DNA of 64,000 nucleotides from Phoronis australis (lineage: Eukaryota; Animalia; Phoronida), in contig NMRA01000032.1 of NCBI GenBank assembly GCA_002633005.1, positions 1,403,999 to 1,467,998 on the forward strand. The letters are read 5' to 3'. The position numbers and the translations under genes were made by a program. The notes beneath the pieces were generated by a model. It worked only from the letters and a program-made list of their open reading frames with translations, was not told the DNA's origin and did not search any database. The first letter of the stretch is position 1, and each line of letters starts with the position of its first letter. Positions 40,001 through 51,300 of the stretch are shown here, one piece after another.

Positions 40001-41939
40001 CGTGGCGTTAAAAAGTCTGAATCAAAAGTGGGTTTCTTCAACAGAACGTGGGTTTATAACCACTTTAAATACAAAACCTGCATGTTTACCTTAGCATTAC
40101 ACCAGAACCATGTGAGTGTATTGAGATCAATACAGTGTACGTCCTGTGAGAACTGCTCTCTTACTTCTTCGTAACCACCAAAGATATACATTCTGTGGTT
40201 GACAACACAGGCAGAGTGTCCGTCACGAGCACCAGGGAGTTGGCCCGACACTGCTGGCTTGGACCACTTGAGGGTGGCTACAAGACAAAGCGCTTGGTAG
40301 AAACACTATGCCCTGGTTTGCAATTCATAACGAATTCACTGCTATCACTTTGGATGCAGTGATAAACCTGGGTCCGCCATTCAATCACAGCCGATCATAT
40401 ATTAGATCTGGTACATTTCGCTGGCCACTGGGTTCTGGTCATCAAAGGCAAATCACTGACATTATCGGGCCATGTTTCAGTCTGTTAATTCAATACTTAT
40501 ACACACCCTCTCTATCACCACCATATGGAAAAGTGAAGGTTTTGGAATGCAATAGAACTTAACAGAATGTGTGACTGTTGAATGAAGTAATTGAATTTCT
40601 GTTTTCACGGAAGTAGCCAGTTGCCTGTGACAAGGACTGCTCAAATCATGGTAACAACATAAGTGAAAAATATTTCTAAGCACAAAGCAACAAAAACCAA
40701 CAAAGATTATTTTTCTAATAAAATAACCCTGGCATCCAATCATTCAATTGCCAACCTTTGTGAAGACTAACCACATAACTATTTATGTCTATTGTCAGTT
40801 TTGTAGCAGTGAATTTTTCCAAAAACAGTAAGATAAGATCGGAAGTCTTCTGTCATATTGACTTATTAACATGTTTGATAGCCATGAACAGGACCAGATT
40901 CAAATAACTCTAGAGTATTTAGTGCACTCAAATCATTTCAGATATTACAAAGAGATTGCAACTTTTATCTACAATGATAGTAATCTCACTTGTGTCAAAC
41001 TGATAGAGAATATTGCATGCCCCATTGTTGTCATTCCTTCCACCCCACAAGAAAATAGAATCTTCCGAACCGACCACAGTGTGACCATAGCGTTGATATG
41101 GGGTCAACAAATACTGCTCACAACTTGGGGTAGGTACCTCCAATGCTTTCCATCGAAGCCAAACTGAAAATAAAGGAATTCCTTAACAAACAATTAATAA
41201 AAGAAATAACAGCACTTTTGACAATTAGATTCAGTAAAAATTTTGATATTGACTAAATATGAACCACACTTGAAGCCAAAATATACATAAGGTGGTGATT
41301 TTTTTTGCTTCTAAGAGTGCCTTTTGCTTATGAATCAGCAGTGACTCTTTGAATGTGAAGATTGAATGATAAAGGGTCATGACCTAGTATCTTGGTATGT
41401 GTATAGTCAAAGTTAGACACCTTAGTTAGGACTCCCTGTTCAGCATTTGGACACCCAAGAAAAGTAAGCACTGAAGTAAGAATGGGTGTCTCCTTTAAAT
41501 TGCTAACAGCAGCTCCGGGAGCTCATAGGCATGTCAAGAATGAAGAATTGGTTTAGAAATGATGTAAGATATAAACGACTTTAGTGTACAACCATGTCTC
41601 CAAAGTAACATGTCACACTACAGCAGCGATTGGAGTCATAAAAACACTGCTGTGTGTTAATTATTAGTCATGGATGTCCTGAGAAACTGGGAGACCCATT
41701 TTAGATGCTCTACTTTCTGAAATCCTGTATTGACCCCTGTACTCAAACTTCAAATGATTTCTTCAGGAATTACAAAATCAATTACCTGTGTTCAATACAT
41801 GCACGTCAATCGGTCTTGTGGTTTCATAATCTTCGCCAGTGCAGTATCCTCCAAAGGAATATATCAAGTTTCCAATGGCAACCGCGGCATGATTCACGCG
41901 TCTGGGACCACCATCCAGGTGGGTCAACCAGCAGGCCAT
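34082..41939 (-). CDS. KLHDC3: Kelch domain-containing protein 3 (CRL2 C-degron receptor), complete, 9 coding exons, 377 aa
   Basis: Exons: 41939-41786, 41163-40990, 40277-40090, 38857-38644, 37672-37586, 36502-36394, 35999-35932, 34679-34601, 34142-34082 (1134 nt including TAG), phase-consistent GT-AG. Translation includes HLDGGPRRVNHAAVA, FGGYCTGEDYE, LWGGRND, PGARDGHSAC, WRDFHSAT, GRRSHSAF, RRRQCCC, the BC-box-like SLKSLC, and ends NNNISRPLASG*. Confidence 0.96.
35217..35377. mobile_element. hAT-like MITE (CAGGGGCGGAT...ATCCGCCACTG)
   Basis: 11-bp imperfect TIR with ATGAT on both sides (or a 6/8 match if the TSD is 8 bp); homologous to 17427-17550. Confidence 0.85.
36966..37468. mobile_element. 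Foldback element: ~200-bp near-perfect inverted arms around a ~97-bp spacer
   Basis: 36966-37168 is the reverse complement of 37266-37468, with about 5 mismatches by hand count. ATAA on both flanks (possible 4-bp TSD). An ambiguous base n lies at 37265. Confidence 0.9.
39149..39530. mobile_element. MITE related to 2197-2473 (TACAGTAA...TTACCGTA termini)
   Basis: Imperfect TIR tacagtaacaattctccattttggga / tcccaaactagagaaatattaccgta. Confidence 0.55.
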
Positions 41940-42206
41940 TTTGGTTTACCTAGCAGAACAATAACAATTATCAATACAAGTCAAATGGTGGTAGAATTTC
42001 GATCCCAGCCGATATCAAAAAGCTAAAATTTGCAAAGCAATCAAAGCTAATCCTCACAGGGTGAGGTCACCCTGCTTTACACGTGAGTTTTGTCTTAGTT
42101 GCTCATGTTACTAGGACCATGCTTGTGGTGGCCGGTGTTGTATATCTTGACCTATAGAGGTTGCTAGCAGTTCAGTTTCGAAATAAAGTTCTGTACCGGA
42201 ACTCAC

Positions 42207-43308
42207 GGTGTTTTTTGTTGGCTGCTTAATGAAGCAAATACAACAGCTGGACATTTTCCTCCAGAGTGGTGAAATAATTTTCATCAATCTTTTGAGTCAG
42301 CTTTTGGCGTCATGAAATATTGCAGTGTCTTTTTTCACCGCTTCTTCAATCAACTGTTGTTCTTTCACGAGGTTGCGTACACATCACAACAAATTATCGG
42401 AACTAGTTCCTGCCATTATAAGTATTTAGAATCTTGATAGCAGCGAACCGAATTTCAGAACAAATTTTGCTGCTGCGAAGCCGTCATCGTTTCCCGTGAG
42501 ATGTCGCAAAAATGTAGGAAATGGCGCATGTGCAGTGTCATCAGGGTACTGTTTTCAGAACGATGACATACTCTACTTTGTTACAAAAAGGTGAAGAAGT
42601 ACTCAAGAAAATGACGTTTATTGGATTGTTTTTCACTTAAATGGTTGTAACGGGCAAGGTGTGTGTCCGTTGACTCACAGATTTTGTATACGCCCCCACC
42701 GATCTTTAACTCTACATGTTGAAACAAGTTTCACGCAGATTTGACAAGCAGAACTGCCTGGCTGTGTGAGGCTGTCGAAGCTCAACACACAGAGGTACCT
42801 AGCTGCATTTTAGTCTTCATATAGCTAGGCTGCCTGGGCTGAGGCTGACTGAGGACAGGTACAGTCCTGACTCTTGAGGTGGACGAAGGTGATGTTTCCA
42901 CTACAAAACACTAAAACAGCGGGTATTGCAGTCCCATAGTACAGTGGAAAATGTGCAGTTCATGTGTTATCTTAATTTACACAGTGAATTTACCTATATA
43001 TACATCTTCTTTGATTGCGTTGCATCAGGTTTGTGAAACACTTCTATTGTTTACAGCGACACCTTTGGTCGTAAACAGTAAGTTTTTTCACTGCAAGCAA
43101 AAACAAACTTTTAAGGAATTAAATGTGAATCTTTATGTTTCATAATATCTTTAAATTAACCTTTAAAGCAGTTTAAATACTATATTTCATCAATTTTGTT
43201 GACAAAATTTATCGTTATATTATTTTTAGACAAAAATTCAAAACAATATGCATTCTTGTAAAAGCTGTTTATGAATTGTAGTTGACGGAAGGGGCAACAG
43301 CAGAAAAC
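42207..43308. promoter_or_regulatory. Divergent promoter interval between KLHDC3 (-) and ZNRD2 (+), including probable KLHDC3 non-coding exon 1
   Basis: Minus-strand donor CC|GTGAGT at 42206. NRF1-like GCGCATGTGCAG near 42524. ZNF143/THAP11-like ACTACAATTC (minus strand, ~43273-43282) and ETS-like CGGAAG just upstream of the ZNRD2 ATG. Locally more CpGs. Confidence 0.55.
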
Positions 43309-45679
43309 ATGGCCAGTGGTAAATTACAACTTACATGGAACTTATTCATGATTGCCGACTGAGGGCATACATGTTTTCAGAATCGGTTGTCGAATCTGTC
43401 CAGATTTCTAGTCCAAGCGACGACTACAATGGGGACCGAGCTAATGACTCTTAGCAGACCGTTGCTGGACTGTTATTTGAGGTTCTGTCAGCGGCTCGAC
43501 GCACTGGCCACTGGCCACTACTAGACAGTAGGACATTGACCAGTCAGACAAAAATTTGCGACCTGTGCTATATAGTCTATTACAGTGTTAACTTTTGCAT
43601 CTCATTCTGGTATGAATACCTGTGGTGAAACCATAAGGTGATAAGTCTCTTTTTACTTATTTCAGAAGCAGACGACGATTGGCAGCCCCCCACCGAGACA
43701 GAGATGAAGGTTATTCAGGCGAGACGAGAGAGATCTGACAAGATAAGCAAGATGATGGGCGACTACTTGTTAAAGGGTTACAAGATGCTGGGCTCATCCT
43801 GTGCAGAGTGTGGGGTGAGATGATTATATAAAGCACAGGAGATGGCTGAAAGTGCCACCTCCTCGTCTTAGTGGAAGAGACAGCTAATGCTCCCATAGTC
43901 GCTTCATACGCTGGAAGCTTTTAGAGGAATTATGCTTCAAATTGATTAAACCATCACAGTCACATTGCTATAAGTAGCTTTTGCGCATAGAGGGATGCAT
44001 TAGGAGTCTTTAATTCCTTCCAACATAATACCCCTGTTATAAAACTTTTTTTCGAGCAATTCTTTATTCAGTTGCCCAAATCAGCAACTGGCCACTTTTA
44101 ACACTGCGTGCACCAGGTGATATGACTTACAGCAATGTGACTTTGATGTTTTAATCAGTGTGAGGCATAATTCCCTTAAAAGCTTCCTGTGTATGAAGTT
44201 CCTATGGGAGCATCACCATCACTACTGCGAAGTAAAGGCAGTGACACTGTAGATGGGAAATGGATATTCCAGATCATTGGCTATTGAATGGGTCCAATGA
44301 CTTTTCTATAATAGACCAAGCAGAAACAACAAAGAGCTTAAAATTCTTGAGGCTCTACACATCAATTGATGCAAGCCAAATCTCAATAGGCAACTGGCAC
44401 ACCACAGGTTGTCATTGTTAGTCTAGTTTATTGCTACTCCCTGTAACTGACTATATCTGTGTTTCATTACTTGTTGTTGGGCCTGGCAAGGTAGCCATCG
44501 TGTTTTTTTTTCTTCTAATGATTGTATTTCAATAAATGACACCAAAACATGTCAAGCCGGTTTAAATCCGTTGTTGTTTTTATTAACATATGCTGTTACT
44601 TGCTATCATGGAGTTCCAATGGATTATTATTTTCTTTATTTCCAGGCATACGTTTCCTATACATAAATTTATTTCAACAATTATATTATTCATCAAAAAC
44701 CAGTCATAGGTTGCAGCAAAAGTTTCTCAACGGTGTTATACTATTGATGAGGTGGAAATCACAAGATATTCCCGGCATTCATTTGTTAACTGTTTTTTGA
44801 AAAAACTTTTTAAAAACATTATGTGCCATAAGGAACAAGTGGTCTATTGTTCTATTTGAATTTAATGGCTTTCCGTGAGGAAGTAATATTGTTGAAGTCT
44901 ACAGTACATTGTTGTAGACAATTCTGCTGCGAGATCGACAGGACAAGGACTACTGCGTTGCATGTAGTGAGCTCGAATCAGACACTGTCAAAGACAATCC
45001 AGGTGAGTAACATGGTTACTTTAATTGAACAGTATATTGCAAAACATAGTGGGCAAAATGCAGATTATTTCCCTTCTACAAATAAAGATTAAGCAAATTT
45101 TCTTCTACTGCCAGCATTGCTTGCAGTGTGTAGATATCATAAAACTACAGTTGGTAAAGTTTCCCGTTATTTGCAGTATGATAATCAGCATTTGAAAATT
45201 GCTAAAATGATAATTTTGGTAATTATTTTTTAAGTGGAGAATTATCAAAGACTGTCAAACAACACGGCCTTGAACTTTTCATTTTAGCTCTCAGCTCGAC
45301 GGCTGCCTTGGTTCAAGCTAGAGAAAGTCTTTACCACAGAATCACACCGAATAGTGTACGCTCTGAAAGTCCTGACGAAATGCTCGTGGATAATCTGGGG
45401 ACCGCTGGCATGTCGAATGGTCAACCCAACAATGATGGTGGTTCTCGCTTAGTCAATGCAGTTGTTAGTCACCAGGAGATGAGTTTGAGTGCCGATGCTA
45501 AGAACACAGTAAAAGCGCTTGAAGATAAAATGACCTGGGCCACAAATGAGCTTAAGAGTAACGTGTCTGTAGAGTATAGTATTCAGATCTGTCATTTGAT
45601 TAAAGCGTGTAGTGATGCTCTAATATCAATTAGGAAGTTGTCTAGTAAACCTAACTCTACCTCACATGTTCCACCGTAA
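43309..45679 (+). CDS. ZNRD2: Zinc ribbon domain-containing 2 (SSSCA1 / Sjogren syndrome-scleroderma autoantigen 1), 4 coding exons, 211 aa
   Basis: Exons: 43309-43318 (ATGGCCAGTG|gt, inferred from phase and Kozak context), 43666-43814, 44918-45002, 45288-45679. Translation includes WQPPTETEMKVIQARRERSDKISKMMGDYLLKGYKMLGSSCAECGTILLRDRQDKDYCVACSE (two CxxC pairs) and C-terminal KMTWATNEL..SVEYSIQICHLIKAC. Confidence 0.93.
43846..44251. mobile_element. Older foldback/MITE with ~130-bp diverged inverted arms in ZNRD2 intron 2
   Basis: atgctcccatag..cttcatac..ggaagctttta..ggaattatgc.tca..tgattaaa.catca.agtcacattgct.taagt (43889-43976) is mirrored at 44125-44210; weaker similarity extends outward. 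Confidence 0.75.
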
Positions 45680-46853
45680 ATGTAAATGAATATGCATTTT
45701 GTTGGGGATTTGGCTGATCTTCATGCTTACATCATTTAGACGAACAGGCTCCTGTGTGGAAGAATGAACTCCTATTAGCCAGTTCTTCCATCCTGAGGAA
45801 TTAACTACCAGTGTTTTTTATTGGTTTCTGTTGTTACAGTGGCGTTTCAACTCAAGTGTCCACGCGCGCCATACGTAGCATGGTTGACAAGATAACTCGT
45901 GGAAGCAAGCATGTCTTATGTTAGGTGTTGTCATCATCTGCCTCCCGTTTAGTAATGCTAGAACCTCGATGAAAAGCAAGACTTTGCAAGATCACGTGAA
46001 ATATTGCCGTGAGAACACGCTACTTTGTCTAGATTTTAGCTAGGTCCTAGCGTTACTGAACGCACGCCAGGGCTGGAATGTGCTTTTTCTGGTCTAATTA
46101 TATTCTCATTAAAAGATGAAGCACTTTCCCACAGTGCCACATTTCATATCATGTCACAACCCATGAAACCTGTCCTCTGATTGGCTTGAATGTGGTGCAA
46201 CTCCCAATATAGCGCAATATAATTGTGGAATATAAATGTGTAAATTTTGAACTGGCGTGGAAATGTAGACACAAACATTTAAGTCTGGTCTGCACTGATG
46301 TGGCCAACAGGCCACTTGCAGACCAAACATGTTCGTGATCATTGTAGAATATCACTTCATTCATGCTGCCTAGACGTCAGATGTTGCTATTTGCAATCTC
46401 AGCAAATCAGATGGCGTAGAAACCATAAACCCCGACCACGAAGTGAGCAAACGATATCAGTAAATACAAGCAGGTATGAAAAGGCTAATAATCTAATGAC
46501 GCAAAATCAGAGGAAGCATCAGTGGTCATGTAATAAAACAAATATGGACGGATCCCTGTATGGGTGTATCAATGTACCCAGAAGAAATTTGCCTTGGTCA
46601 ATCTTGCTCTCTGTTAGTCCCTACGACCTGAAATCATATTCCAGATCGCAACATATTTGTCCGATATCCAACATCTGTTGAAGTGTTACAGTAAACCCAG
46701 AGGCAGTTCTCAATTTTGTAAAACAGAGTGGCCATTAGGAGCGTATCAATGTCCCTAGTACTTTTATTTTAACGAGTTAAAGGAAATTGTAAAGATGTAC
46801 TATGCTAAATGGTGTACGTTAAATTGTCGAATGAGAATTTGGCAAAGAATGTC

Positions 46854-46895
46854 TTTATTTAAATAAACAATAGATCTCACCACCTTAAGTTTATT
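46854..46895. terminator. Candidate back-to-back poly(A) signals for ZNRD2 (+) and DYM (-)
   Basis: Palindrome TTTATTTAAATAAA at 46854-46867 carries AATAAA on both strands, with a second minus-strand AATAAA at 46890-46895, between the two convergent stop codons. Confidence 0.4.
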
Positions 46896-48330
46896 TATAT
46901 AATATATTTTCTGAACAACATTTCATAGACAATAACATTTTTGGCATAAATGTTGATTTTCCAACCAGCGATAACTTCACATCCTATAAATTAATGAACA
47001 CTGCACATTAAATGCAATAACTTTAAATTAGTTAAGTAGAGTTATTGCGCAGTAAAATTGTTTTCAGTGAGCAGTTTAAAATTAATTGAAATTATAGGAG
47101 TCAGGGAAACTGAAGACCATCGCAATAAAAACATCTCGTTCTAAAGCACAAAAATGCAAATTGACAAAATAAGGAAAAGAAAAACCCAAATGAACATTGA
47201 ACTACAAGTAAAATACCACCTAGAACATTGTTCAATCACAACAATACAATTCCTGCATTGAAAGCTTATCTGCTGTGGTTCACACATTGTAAAATAAGCT
47301 AAACTGCAACGACTAAAATAATGGACCAATGTTGACACATTTCTATGGCAACCCACTGACTTGTTCATCGATTGCGGTAATGTAAGAGATAGATTCAGAA
47401 TCAAACTGGTTCGAAAGAGGGGTAAAAGAATCCACACAAATAGCTCACCACGATTCTAACCTAAACAAGATATGGTGGATGATTCTAAGTCATTAGGTTA
47501 TACACTTACTGAACGGGGAAAGCCAGGATTGTCCAGACGATGCCACACAGTGGACGCAAAGAGTGAACGAGATAGCGGGTTGCTGTAGAAATATTTCAAC
47601 ATTATTCCACTACTTTAGAAGTGAGTTGCAGCTTAGCTTTCATTATTTATGTGCTCTGTTTAACTAGGTCATCATTGAAACTAGTGTTTAAAGCAAGAGT
47701 CAATGGCAAACTGATTACAACTGTATTTTAAAAATATGAAGTTACAAACACTGAAGCGAGACATTAAGGAATTCAACAGATGGAACAGAGTCAAGTCAGT
47801 TTGGTAACAAGCTCGGACCTACAACTAATAGGCCAAAGTATTTAATAATCAAACCACTAGTCTAAGATTGCTACTTCACCATGAAATTGGGTCCCTTCTC
47901 CGTATAGCCTTTTTCTCTACACCAGCTCGCTGGCCAATGGCACCAAAGAATGAGAAAAGTTTGAAGTGGCGGCTCAATCTCTAGGAAACCAAGCTTTAAC
48001 GATAAGTTACGGTATCCAGGCAACACTTCCTTCAATGTAGACGTTCGCTAAACACTAGCGGCGAGCAATTTGACTTTGTGTAACAGAAATAGTGCATTTT
48101 TTCCCACACTGGACATTCCAGCCTCGTCAAACAACCGCTTCAGTGGCCTTCACTTTGCTAGTGTGCACCAGTAAGGTCGTGAGTATTCTCACAGAACATT
48201 AATCTTCCACTCGCAAACTTCAGGAAAATTGTGATTAACAGTATGTGCCCCTAATTCTGACCTAGACTTGTTCGCTCAGGCTAAGACACAGAAAGTTGAG
48301 GCATGTACACCACAAAAGTAAATTTAAATA

Positions 48331-51300
48331 TCATGACTTCAAGCTAAACAATTGTATCCTGGATGGGTTAAAGTACATGTTCGATGAGTGGTAGACCAAC
48401 GACCAGACATACGGGATGAAGAACTCCTCGGGCTGTTCTTCTTCCACATATTTGAACTTCAATTCTGGAAACTTCTGCAAGATATACATAGACACGTCAA
48501 GGACAATTGTCACTTAACAAAAGGTCCCCGATTCGGTGAACCAGTTTGATGCCGGTTATCCAGTAGAGAAAACTGGTTCTCAAAACGTGGGACCCCTATG
48601 TGACTAATGCCTGCATCATGAATGTTACGCATTCCGAAGCGTCCACACTGTGACTTCATGGAATTTAAACCAACTACAAACCTGCCTATTATCAAATTAT
48701 GATTTTAGACCATTAACCGTTGTGAAATGAGTTGCAAATTGTTCCCTAGTAAAATTTAAGGGGATTCTAGGGCTTTAAAGGAACTAAAAGTTTGTCAATA
48801 CTAGAGACCAGGGTCTACAGATTGGCTTACTATCACGTGTCATTTTATACACGGACCATGGTCTCAAAGAATAAAGAAACCCAGGCGTCTTAACATCTGA
48901 GTAAGAAATAAGTCGAGACCAAACATATAGCTGTAAGTTGTCTAAATCAAACATTCACTTCTTGGAGTGAATGTGAGCTTATAGCTGGTTTCAATAGGAA
49001 GTCAAACAAATGAAGTGAACAGACAGACTGGATGAAAAATTTGTGCGGACCTGAATGCTGAAGGAAAACACAAACATGAACAGATGTGTAACGCTCACAA
49101 GTGTGACAGCAACAAAAAGTTAAGAAGGTCTCACAGTCTGGGTACACAAAACAGAAAATAATACCTAATGTTTGCTTCGCTAAGCTATATTTTTTCTACG
49201 GGTATGTTACAATTTGCAGCAAGAGATGTCGGCTTATGGAATGGAAAAAGTGAATTCCATCTCATAATCCAACATTCAAGCATCCCGACCAATCACTTCA
49301 GTGGCCACCATTTCACATGTGCACCCAAGTAAGGTCCCAATCTCACTTGCAAAATACTCGTCTTTCACTTCTGGGGTCTTGCGTGACCTTGCTTTTTCAA
49401 GAGTGTTTTGCATCAGATAGAACACTAGCTCCATCCAATCAGAACTGGTGACCACTCACCTTGAGCCTCTCTCTCCTGAATACCCTCGACGCTTGAGTAA
49501 TGACCCCAAGTACTTCATGGACCCCCATGCCCTTGTCGTGCTCTTCTATCCTTGCAGAGAAATATCCCAGTACCTGATAACAGAACAGCTTCAATTGAAA
49601 CTCTGTGGGATATTTTTTATTGAATAGTGCACTCTTCAGTGTTCTACAATTAACTATAGAAGTTGAAAATTGCTGTTGATTACCACAACCAGGTTGATTC
49701 TAGTAGACTTTCAATGACAGTTATTTTTTCAAAAGACCAGAAGTCTGTTTCCTGAAAATCAGACTTAAGACAGAAATTTGATCTCATACTCCCAATTCAC
49801 ATTATAGGTTTTATCAAACAATTTTGATTGCATCACAGCCTGGAAGTTATTTATAGAAATTATCTCAGTAACCAGCAGTTATGTGCATTCTCTCAATGAT
49901 ACTTTTGTTCAAGTGAAATTCAATTCTTTTTCAGAAATAGTTGTGTGGAGCAAAGATTAAATTTTTGACTTAAGTCTAATTTTTTTCATGAAACAGACCC
50001 CTGACTCAAGCCTTAAAATCTACAACAACTAAAAGACGTACAGTTTTATCACTTTAACTTTTAAGTGGAAGGAAATATTACATCACAACTCGCTTCGAAA
50101 TCAATATCAAGACAAAATATGACTCATCTAAAGGGCAAAGTTGAACAAGTAAACTGCCGAACAGTTAAAGGGTCTGTAAACCCATCGTCCACTACAAAAA
50201 ACAGCACCAGCACAAAACTGGTCTCAAAATCTTAATAAAATTACAGGTGTATTCAGGGCTTCAGAAGTACAAGCTCTATAAGTTGCGCCTGGTCACAAGA
50301 AATTATAATTAACAGTTCTCTACAAACCCAGAGATCACTTCGCATCTGAGCAAGGTGCAAGTTGAGAACAATTTTACAGCAGAAAGTAGCCTAAGTCAAA
50401 AGTTCACTTCTTGGGTGGAACGCTGGTTTATCGACGCTTTAAGCAAAAGTCCAACTTCCGCGTGTCCAACTCGTGCGAGTTTTACCACAGCTACACGATT
50501 TAGTTTTTATGTCTCACCGTGTCGATGTTCTGTATAACGTCCTGAAAGGTGGGGTGGCTCCTGAACTGAGTGAATACCTCCTTCTGATACAGCAGCGAGT
50601 AAATCAGATTGGGGTTGAGGTGCAGCGAGTGGGTCAGGCAGGAGTTGATGATCTCTATCACCATACGGATCACCTCCTCTAGCACCTGCAGATCTTGAAG
50701 CTGCGAGCAGAGTGTAACGTCTAGTCAGAATGTGATGTCGTTGAGGACAAACGGGGAAGCGAACTATTACCAGATCGACGCTTCTGGAGTTATTTGAACT
50801 GCAAGTGGGGCTCAGAGGTCTATAATGCGTTGTGATTTGACTGAGAGGTGATTTATTACAAGTAGAGCCAATTAATGTTTTTGATATTACTCTAAAATAC
50901 GCCTTTCCTCCGTTATCTTCAAGACGCAAATCAATGTTCCCCTGACCCTAATTAATTACTCGTACAACATTTCTCAAGCAATGTGAGTCGGTATATCCCA
51001 GGTTCCTGCATCTTCATTTACATGTGGTTTATATCTAGTTGAAGGGACATTATCCGTTTCATGAAGATAACGTCCCTTTAAATCTCGAGGCAGTTGTGCC
51101 GTTAGCTTTAGTGGCACAGAGTACAGACACAGGAAATTGACTAAGACCAAGTATGCCACTACAAGATGATGCATACATAATTAATTAGGGCCAGGAGAAC
51201 AGTTGTACCTGACACTAAGTGACTTTAACTATCAATACCAATGAAAACAAACATTTTTTTGAGTTTCCCCTTGATTGAGTCAGTGGGCTAAAGCTATGCG

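Noticed and set aside
49460-49573. Apparent frameshift in DYM exon 14
   Set aside because: Recounting the C5 run at 49522-49526 gives an intact 114-nt in-frame exon ([38 protein letters not shown]).
50507-50929. 140-aa minus-strand ORF overlapping DYM exon 13
   Set aside because: It is an alternative frame of a real exon plus intron sequence, with no recognisable motifs.
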